IMG/VR virus record: IMGVR_UViG_3300014204_000111
Span: 96,001-160,000 of that record
Origin: a virus
Taxonomy: Duplodnaviria; Caudoviricetes
Reading direction: 5' to 3' (one strand)
Length of the DNA: 64,000 nucleotides
Shown here one piece after another: positions 30,801-38,838 of this stretch. Position 1 is the first letter of the stretch, and every line of letters starts with the position of its first letter. A program made the translations under genes and the position numbers. The notes below the pieces were generated by a model. The model did no database searches. It worked only from the letters and a program-made list of their open reading frames with translations, and had not been told where the DNA came from.

Positions 30801-30900
30801 CATTATATATTATGGTTATTTACTGTACAACATCGTCCTAATGCCAGAATAAGAGGATTTTTTGATAGAAAATTGAGTAGTAGGTTTGACATCTTAACGG
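27851..30900 (+). other. Array of basic/aromatic paralogous microproteins
   Basis: Shared N-terminal IIRHRLY-like and C-terminal W.N.G.S-like motifs (see findings). Confidence 0.7.
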
Positions 30901-30917
30901 GTAAACTAAAGTAAGAC

Positions 30918-31214
30918 ATGTTCAAGATAATTTGCATTTTGGCTATACTACTTTTAATGTCTTGTACGCAAGAACCAACTTCTAATATTATTATAGAAGA
31001 TATTAGAGGGAAAGTAGAATTAAGTAGGAATGGATTTCCAATAGAATTTGTCGCCCCATTTTCTCTTCAATCGGGGGATGTTTTGACTGTTTTTGAAAAG
31101 AGTAAGGCTAAAATTAAAATAGAAAGAAATAACATTATACTAAAAGAAAGGACAGTTTTAACTATTAATGGAGGAGAAGTCGAAATTTCGGCACTTGCTG
31201 TTGTTAGAGGTTAA
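30918..31214 (+). CDS. Putative lipoprotein with FecR-like beta domain
   Basis: Lipobox-like LLMSC; IRGKVEL...LQSGDVLTV..KSKAKI. Confidence 0.6.
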   Translation: MFKIICILAILLLMSCTQEPTSNIIIEDIRGKVELSRNGFPIEFVAPFSLQSGDVLTVFEKSKAKIKIERNNIILKERTVLTINGGEVEISALAVVRG

Positions 31215-32468
31215 AGTGACTCATAAACCATTTAGATGTTTTTTGGCATATATACAAGCAGGTATAAATATGAAATATTTTTGTGTGAAATTTATTTATA
31301 ATATAGATGACACAGAAGGATGGGATTTAACTGATAAATGGGCTTTAATCGCTAGATAAATATATGTTTGGTTTAAGGTAAATAGGTCTAGTTGGTTGAT
31401 GATGCATTATTATATATAAACAAATGATAGCAATTATAACACAAACAATACAAACAATTTTTAACCCAAATATTATCTGCATATCTTATAATTACCCAAT
31501 TTGCAGTTGTCAGGTGCGTATTTGGGGCGAGAAATGGGTATAATATAGTATCCTCGGAGAAGGCTGGGCAATTTCACATTGCCCAGCCATGTGTGGTATT
31601 TTAAAGGAGATTATGTGTGAATGATTAAAAATGAAATAAGACTCTTTCCATGTATTCGTTGGATTAAAATGCATACACGTAGACAAGATATTATTGATGG
31701 AATTGAAGGCAAATATATTCCTACTAATGAAGATATAGATGTTTCTTATGCTTTTTTTGTTTATTCAGTCTTTAAAAAAGAAGGTTGTTTTGTAGAAATA
31801 AAGAAAAGAAAAAAGGGCGAAATTGGTAAGTATATTAGGATTGCTAAATTTTATCTTTCTCAATTAGATATTAAACAAGCAAGAGAATGTTTAAATGATA
31901 AAATTCTTGATTATCAGACAGGTATATTAGCGCTTCCTAATTTAAGTGTTTTTACCAAATATCTTTTAAATAATATGAAAAATCAGGATTTAGAGGTTTA
32001 ATTATGAAGTTTCAAAATATTACAGCAGAACAACAAACAGAAATTGATACCTTTTTTAAGGATGTAAAAAAGATTGTAAATGATGCTATTAAAGAAATTA
32101 CAAAAGAAACAGATGAAAAATTAAAGATTAGAAATACTTGTTTCGTTATGTCTACTATAGCTCAGAATAGAAAGGTATTATATTCAAATCCTATTATGAA
32201 GAGTCTAAATGAGAAAGAAATTAAATCTATCTCCTCTTTATTTGATAAGCATATGGACTCTTTACGAAAAGTGTGTGGTTCTGACATTATGAAGAATGAT
32301 GAATTTACTGGCGACCCAAAAATGGATTATGCTCTTTTAACCGGGGTAGCAAAACGAGTGTCACAAGAGGAGTATGATGCTAATATGAAAATAATCATAG
32401 ATAAAAAACGTGCTACATTAACTCCTCGTTGTAGAAATGTAGAACAATCTATAGATTTGGAGTTTTAA

Positions 32469-32915
32469 ATGAAATTAGAAATTAATAGTAATCCTTCTTT
32501 GTCAGATATGGCAGATGTTATAGATAAAAGAGGGACTGTATCTATAAAAAGAACGCAAGGTTCAACAATAAAATTTGCGCAACATTGTTTAGAGGTTTCT
32601 TTACGAAGTGTCGATAAAGATACATTAGAAGTTATAAAGGCGTGTTTTGGAGGAACCGTTACTGTTCATGATGCAAGAAATTCTAAAAATATCATGTATG
32701 AGTGGAAATTATTGTCACATAAAGCAGCAGACTTTTTAAAAAATATTAGAACTTATATCAAAGAAAAATTAGGTCAAATAGACATTGCTCTTAAATTTGC
32801 GGAGTCAATAGTTTTAAATAAGAGAAAAATGATTAGTCAGTTAGAATATGATACTAGAGAACAATATCGTTTAGATTTAATCAAACTAAATAAATCTCAA
32901 AGAGAAAGTAAATGA
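32469..32915 (+). CDS. Degenerate LAGLIDADG-family protein
   Basis: MADVIDKRGTVSI...LEVIKACFGG.V...YEWKL...FLKNIRTY..K..Q; the catalytic D/E position is replaced by R. Confidence 0.7.
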   Translation: MKLEINSNPSLSDMADVIDKRGTVSIKRTQGSTIKFAQHCLEVSLRSVDKDTLEVIKACFGGTVTVHDARNSKNIMYEWKLLSHKAADFLKNIRTYIKEKLGQIDIALKFAESIVLNKRKMISQLEYDTREQYRLDLIKLNKSQRESK

Positions 32916-33399
32916 CTGCTCTAATTATTATAGGATATTTTATTATAGGAATTATTTGTGCTATTTTTGGAAATATATATGTGACAATAAATAAATTTGA
33001 ATCATATAGCAGTTCAGGAATAGTCTTTGCTTTGATAGTAATATGGCCTGTACTAATCTTTATCGTTACTATGGTTTATTGTTCTAAAGTTATATTTAAT
33101 TTTATTTCATTTATTTCTGATTTAATTATAGACAAATGGGAGAAAAAATGATATTTATTATAATTTGGCTAATTGGATGGCTTTGGACTTCTATATTCTT
33201 TTACCTAGGAACCATAGATACTGCTAAAAGAGAAAATGTCTTATATGGACAAGAAAAGGTTTTAATTATATCTCTTATTGTGTGCTCTTTATTCTGGCCT
33301 ATTGTAGCATTAACGATGGCTACTTCTTTCTTTATAATGTTTTTTAGAAAGATGTTTAAGCACCCGCAAGACGGGGTATAATATTCTCAGAGGTGCATT

Positions 33400-33876
33400 A
33401 TGGATAAAATAACTGTCAAGGTGGGAGACAAAGAAATTGAAATTGAGACTAAACCCATCACATTAATATGCAAAGATAAACATATGATTGAAGATGTTAA
33501 AATGCCCAATGATATTTATGTAATTGATGCAGAAAAGACTCTTAATCATAGTCGTAATATTAGTATATTACAGTCTAAAACTATCGATTTTGTTTCTATA
33601 GTTTTCAGAAACGAAAAAGGGAAAGAACAATTTGATAGAAAAAAATTGATGGATGATACACATAATTATCTTGCTCTACAAGGTATTGGATTTCAACATG
33701 TGGTTGGTATGATAGATTTAATGTTAACAAATTTATATGCAGGTAAGAGATTTTCTTTAAAATATCCAGAATCTTATCTTCATCCAGCTTTTCAGGCTAA
33801 TTTAGCTGATATGATAATAGCATTTCAAAAATTTACAACAACATTACCTGATATTGGAAGTGATTTAAATGTCTAA
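33400..33876 (+). CDS. Truncated AAA_21/OLD-type ABC-ATPase-like protein
   Basis: GIGFQHV signature-like segment and YPESYLHPAFQ (cf. EPExHLHPxxQ); no Walker A. Confidence 0.5.
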   Translation: MDKITVKVGDKEIEIETKPITLICKDKHMIEDVKMPNDIYVIDAEKTLNHSRNISILQSKTIDFVSIVFRNEKGKEQFDRKKLMDDTHNYLALQGIGFQHVVGMIDLMLTNLYAGKRFSLKYPESYLHPAFQANLADMIIAFQKFTTTLPDIGSDLNV

Positions 33877-34892
33877 TTCGTTATCAAGAGTTTTTCGTCT
33901 CTTTTTTGATAAACTAGGTGGAACAATAGAAATAGCGCCTAGTACAGATGAAACAATGATAAGTTTAGTAGTTAAGGATTCTTCAGGAGCAGTAATCAAG
34001 TTTCCTGATTTAGATGAAAATGATTTGACAGATATTCTGTTACTCTTTAGTAAAGTAGAAACAGATATGGCTCAGAGGGTATATAAGAAAGTTAACCCTC
34101 AAACTAACACTGACGTAAAAGTTTAACGAATTCGTTAAATATTACTATATTATAATTTTAGGAGGGCATCATTATGTCTTACCACGAAGAATTGAAAGGA
34201 AGAGAGTTGGCTCTTTTCCATTTTGACAGAATCAATCGGATTCCTATTAATAGTAGAGCGCATCCGTTCTTGGTTCCACGACACGTTCCTGTTCTTACCA
34301 CAGACACAATTTGTGTAAAGAAAGAGGGAGAAAAGTATCGAATCGGAGTTGCTATTCAATCTTATTTGGATATGCCTTGGCGTAAGAAGGGAAATCAAGA
34401 AGCTTATGAACGAGTTACTGAGAAACATGAATCTACCGTACTCGTCTCTCTTGATGAAATTCCAGATACAATTGTTAATATTCTTAATTCTCCTCCTGTT
34501 TGTAAGTTAGACTATCAAAGTATCATCATCGGTAGATTGGGCTATGACCTTGCAAACACTCTTGAATTTGTTGGTAGAATTACTGCAAATCTTGTGGAGA
34601 AAGTATAATGGAAGAATTTATCATTGATTTTAAAGAGACTAAGCAGGTTGCATTTATCTTTAAATGTCCTTCTACGTTCAATTTAGCACAAGCTGACATT
34701 GTTCTAAAGGGACTCCAAAGAAAAGGTGCATATATTCAGTCCGGCTATATGGCCGGACAAAATCCTCCTGCATTATGGTTTATTTGTTTCGAACATGAAG
34801 CTGAAGATTTTAAGAAAATAGCTCAGGAACTTGTTAAACAAGTAATACAACAAAAAGAATATGAAAGATTAAAAAGACAATTGGGAGTGTAA

Positions 34893-35627
34893 ATGAATAT
34901 TATTGCAGTAATGGGAGGGGCAGGAAGTGGAAAGTCAACATTTTCTACTATAGGTACATTATATCAATGGAATACAGAACAAGTAGGCGTTGGGCTAAAA
35001 AAGATAGATAAATATATTTATAAAACCTTTACAGATATTCCTTCATTAACAGAAACTTTTATTAATAATCCTGTTGAAATTTTAGAAAGTGGAGTTGTTA
35101 CTTCCTCTTTATCTCAAGAACAGATTAAAGTAATGAAAGATTGGTTCGAAGAAATCAAAATGTTTTATCCTAAAATGTATTTTCGAGATTTTATAAACAT
35201 TGTTTCTGAAGGATTGAATTGGTATAATAATACTCCAATTATTGTTCATAACGGGAAAAGAAGGAATGCTCTTCAATATATTGGAACATATATGAGAGAC
35301 AAGTATTCTCCAGATATTCATATTGATGGGGTAGTTAATTATATATATCAAACAAATTATCAAAATTGGGTGATTAGTAGTGTAAGATATTTGAATGAAA
35401 TTGAGGCTTTACAACGAGCCTCTCAATCATTTAAAGTAGTATTAATTAATGGTTCTAGAGAACCTTTGACAGAAGAAGCATCTCAACATCCAAGTGAAAC
35501 AGAATGGAAATCTTGGATAACAAATCATCCAGGTGAATATATTATAATTGATAATGACTCAACTCTTCATAATTTTATCATTAAATGTAGTAATTATTTT
35601 GGAGGACTTAATGCAAATTCGGACTAA
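34893..35627 (+). CDS. Deoxynucleoside monophosphate kinase
   Basis: GGAGSGKST P-loop, RNALQYIGT, ISSVRYLNE, HPSE, IDND. Confidence 0.85.
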   Translation: MNIIAVMGGAGSGKSTFSTIGTLYQWNTEQVGVGLKKIDKYIYKTFTDIPSLTETFINNPVEILESGVVTSSLSQEQIKVMKDWFEEIKMFYPKMYFRDFINIVSEGLNWYNNTPIIVHNGKRRNALQYIGTYMRDKYSPDIHIDGVVNYIYQTNYQNWVISSVRYLNEIEALQRASQSFKVVLINGSREPLTEEASQHPSETEWKSWITNHPGEYIIIDNDSTLHNFIIKCSNYFGGLNANSD

Positions 35628-35837
35628 AGATTTTAATGGTAAGCCATTACGTACTTTTAGTGTTACTTATTCTTCAGACCAAGACGGTTATGTTATTGAA
35701 ATGATTGATTTAGAATCAAGAGTAGAGGTACAAGCTGTTTTTGATAAACGACAAATTATGGATTTAATTTTGGGTATGGCTCAACAATTACCCTTAATTG
35801 GAGAGGGTGTGGAAGCTGCTCCTCAAGAAATAGAGAT

Positions 35838-36182
35838 ATGATAACTATATTGTTTACTGGTAAATTAAAATATACTAGACCTGTTATATTAGATATGATT
35901 AAAGAGAAAAATGCAGAACTTCTGAATAAAGGTGATTCCAATGTATTTAATTACCATCACACTAAAATATCTTCTCTTTATGATTTTGGTTACATTGATT
36001 ATCTCGTAGAGGGAAGTAATAATAGAGGAGTAATATCCTCTAAATCTAAGTTAGCAAGAGCTTATAATAGTTTGATGTCTCGACATAAAGTAAATATAAT
36101 AGGAGAAGAAGAATTTTGGCAATTATTTAAGTATAATACCTCTAAACTTTTTATGCCAGAAAACGTAGATTTAGAAATATGA
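35838..36182 (+). CDS. Stand-alone BRCT-domain protein (NAD-ligase type)
   Basis: LFTGKL..TR, DYLVEG, SKSKLA, IIGEEEF. Confidence 0.7.
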   Translation: MITILFTGKLKYTRPVILDMIKEKNAELLNKGDSNVFNYHHTKISSLYDFGYIDYLVEGSNNRGVISSKSKLARAYNSLMSRHKVNIIGEEEFWQLFKYNTSKLFMPENVDLEI

Positions 36183-36625
36183 TTTATTTAAAAGAAAAAA
36201 AAATAGTATTAGTAGGAAAATTGTTTACTACACAGACTGAGATAAAACAGTTATTTCGTAATCAACAATCAGATATTTATAGTAAATTATCCAATTTTCA
36301 TAATCGACACGAATTATCGTGGGCTAGTCCTTATAATTTGAAAAAATTACGGCCAGAAGATAAAGTTATAGATTTTTATACTATACAAGGTAGTTTGCCA
36401 ACAGTAATATTAAGATATCACCTTAATCATACGGCATATGTTGCTCTTGGCAAGAATCCTAAAACTTTATTATTTAACAAGTGGGATACTATTATCAACA
36501 AAACATGTTATAAAAATCAGTGGAATGAGCCTCTTAGTTTTATAAATGATATACAATTAAAAAATTTACTTTTTAAAGGGGCAATAATATCGGATATTCC
36601 TTCTTCTTCTGATTTAGATATTTAA
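36179..36625 (+). CDS. Second BRCT-like protein
   Basis: KKIVLVGKL..TQ, TAYVALGKNP, FINDIQL. Confidence 0.5.
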   Translation: MIYLKEKKIVLVGKLFTTQTEIKQLFRNQQSDIYSKLSNFHNRHELSWASPYNLKKLRPEDKVIDFYTIQGSLPTVILRYHLNHTAYVALGKNPKTLLFNKWDTIINKTCYKNQWNEPLSFINDIQLKNLLFKGAIISDIPSSSDLDI

Positions 36626-36647
36626 GTTATTATTATTTTTAATTTTA

Positions 36648-36671
36648 GGACGCTGAGGCGTCCTTTTTTTT
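36648..36671 (+). terminator. Terminator closing the early/middle region
   Basis: GGACGC-TGAG-GCGTCC followed by T8. Confidence 0.85.
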
Positions 36672-36685
36672 GGGTAAAATACAAT

Positions 36686-36829
36686 ATGCATAATATAAAT
36701 TCAAAACCAACTATGATTGTTGAAGCTAAGATTATAAGAGCAAACGGAAAAATAGAAAATCTTGGGGTTATTTCTGGCCCTTGGTATCTTAGATTTTGGT
36801 CTAAAATCAAACATATATTTGGGAGATAA
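36686..36829 (+). CDS. 47-aa protein heading the structural module
   Basis: MHNINSKPTMIVEAKIIRANGKIENLGVISGPW...; ATG 5 nt after TAAAAT; not in the ORF track. Confidence 0.65.
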   Translation: MHNINSKPTMIVEAKIIRANGKIENLGVISGPWYLRFWSKIKHIFGR

Positions 36830-36832
36830 TAA

Positions 36833-37228
36833 ATGGCAACTGTTACAGTATTTACAGATTCTGGTAAAACGGTAGTTACAACAGCTCTTGTTTCAGGAGT
36901 AACTCCATATATTCATTGGGGAACTGGTACTAATGGTGGAGCAACTGTGGATGATTCAGCTTTAGAAACTCCAGGTAACGAAGATAGAGTATTAGGAACA
37001 GAATCTTTGGTTAATGGAGGTGTAGCAGATGACACATATCAAGTAGTTGGAACATTAACTTGTGACTCTACTGCTAAGGCTATTACTGAAGCAGGAATAT
37101 TTACAACTGCTGGTTCAGGTGGCCCACCTAAAACTGGTGGAGTATTATTTCTCTATTCTACATTTAGCGCTATTAACGTAGCAGAAAATGACCAAATTGA
37201 ATTTACATTTAAAATGAGATTTACTTAA
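36833..37228 (+). CDS. Virion structural protein (tail-fibre/collar N-terminal-like)
   Basis: WGTGT...DSAL...AITEAGIF...FSAINV...DQIEFTF pattern. Confidence 0.65.
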   Translation: MATVTVFTDSGKTVVTTALVSGVTPYIHWGTGTNGGATVDDSALETPGNEDRVLGTESLVNGGVADDTYQVVGTLTCDSTAKAITEAGIFTTAGSGGPPKTGGVLFLYSTFSAINVAENDQIEFTFKMRFT

Positions 37229-37312
37229 AAACAATGGACATAACATAATGTTCATTCCTACCTCTCTTGAGATGATTTTGTTCATCTCAAGAGAATTAAT
37301 ACGTACAATTGG

Positions 37313-38836
37313 GTGGAATATTTTATGTTAGTACAATCTGTTCAATCTGTTACTGTAGAGACTAATAAAGATAGTATTAATACAAGTATCTCTTTAGATA
37401 TGTCCTTGGATGGTAGTCCTTGGTGTAAAGTTTCAACTACAAGTATTTTAGACCCTTATACCCTAGATTTATCTTTAGATGGTACTCCTTGGACAGGAGT
37501 TGTAGGTACTCAATTTCAAGCACTTATAAAATTTACAAAAATATATAATAATGTTACTTCTAATATTGTTAATAATATTATACGTAAAATTGCAGCTATT
37601 AAAGATATTAACATTCTTATTCTACTAAGTATTATTACTACACTAATTAAAGTTGGTGGAGAACTTTTCTATCAAATTTGTGACGTAGTATCTACAAGTT
37701 TAGAATCTCTACTAAATAAAACAAAAACTTCAAAAATTTTGACTATAAGTACGATACAGTCTTTATCGAAAAATATCTCCGTATCTCGCGCTATTAATTT
37801 AATTATCATCAATACTCTTCACAATTATATAGCAATTTCAAAACTTTGTACATTGTTTGTTTCTCAAAATATCACCAATAATATCAAAAATATCAAAGAT
37901 ATTACTTGTAATATATTGACAACATCTAATAAATTAAATAAAATAATTAGAACAATAACTAATATCATAACAATTTCTCGTCAACTGTTTGTGACAACAT
38001 CTCTTCTAACAATAGTAAATACATCTACAATATTTAATATATTAGTAAAAACTTCTAAAGATATTATCGTTAATATTTCCAAAAAAGTACAAACAAAAAT
38101 TAATAAAATATGTTTGGTTATTTTAATAACTCTAAATGATATTTTATACAATGCCGTTCATACTCTATCTCAACTTTGTAGTGTTGATATTATTATTGAA
38201 TTAGTTAGTTTAAAATTAATTTGTAAAAAATCTTTAGAAACATTATCTATTGTGTACTCTATCGTAATAAAAAATATAAGTAAACTTATTCTTTTGCCAG
38301 TTATTTTATCTATGATATTAATTAAACATACATTCTTTCATTTAATTATAAACAGTAGCATAGCTATTTCAAGTTTTAGTCGTCAATTTGGAGAATTTAC
38401 CGTAACTTTAGTCGGTACTTTTATATCAAACTTAAAAATTCAAAAAATTCTTTCTGCCATTGTTAATTCTGTTGTGTCATTTAATAAATTTGTTAAAGTT
38501 ATAAGAGTAATCGTCGAAAGAATTGCTACAATGAGTTTTACTTGGATTATTGGAAGAGTTATTCCAGTCTCTTTATCTTTTAAATTACGTTATGACGATA
38601 AAAATGAAACTTGGAAGGGACAATCGGGTAAATATAGATTAATGGTTTTCAGAGTTGGGCCAATGAATATGCCTATCTCTTTAACTGGATATAAATGGTA
38701 CTTATATTATAACGGAGATTTTTTAAGGTCAGGCAAAGCTTTAACTCTTGACTCTTCACGTTTGGCTGCTCAAAGAATTGTTGATTATATTAGAAAAGCT
38801 GGATTAGAAGGTACAATAGAAGAATATAGGAAGTAA
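37313..38836 (+). CDS. Low-complexity Ile/Thr/Ser/Lys-rich putative fibre protein
   Basis: Two LD(M/L)SLDG(S/T)PW repeats, long degenerate repetitive core, globular C-terminus. Confidence 0.55.
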   Translation: MEYFMLVQSVQSVTVETNKDSINTSISLDMSLDGSPWCKVSTTSILDPYTLDLSLDGTPWTGVVGTQFQALIKFTKIYNNVTSNIVNNIIRKIAAIKDINILILLSIITTLIKVGGELFYQICDVVSTSLESLLNKTKTSKILTISTIQSLSKNISVSRAINLIIINTLHNYIAISKLCTLFVSQNITNNIKNIKDITCNILTTSNKLNKIIRTITNIITISRQLFVTTSLLTIVNTSTIFNILVKTSKDIIVNISKKVQTKINKICLVILITLNDILYNAVHTLSQLCSVDIIIELVSLKLICKKSLETLSIVYSIVIKNISKLILLPVILSMILIKHTFFHLIINSSIAISSFSRQFGEFTVTLVGTFISNLKIQKILSAIVNSVVSFNKFVKVIRVIVERIATMSFTWIIGRVIPVSLSFKLRYDDKNETWKGQSGKYRLMVFRVGPMNMPISLTGYKWYLYYNGDFLRSGKALTLDSSRLAAQRIVDYIRKAGLEGTIEEYRK

Positions 38837-38838
38837 CT

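Larger units (their letters stand above)
2371..33381 (+). promoter_or_regulatory. Family of ~35 early promoters, consensus (TTTAACC-N7)-TGTTT(G/A)-N14-15-GGG(T/A)ATAAT, often with GCTCTTCA in the spacer
   Basis: GGG(T/A)ATAAT at about 2391, 4919, 7068, 7184, 7864, 8024, 10621, 12299, 12556, 12942, 13808, 14028, 14731, 15696, 15998, 16366, 17601, 18052, 18448, 19413, 19788, 20959, 21720, 23644, 24005, 24725, 25160, 25602, 26336, 26837, 27150, 27442, 31536, 33373. All are on + and sit just upstream of an RBS/ORF or an ncRNA. Confidence 0.9.
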
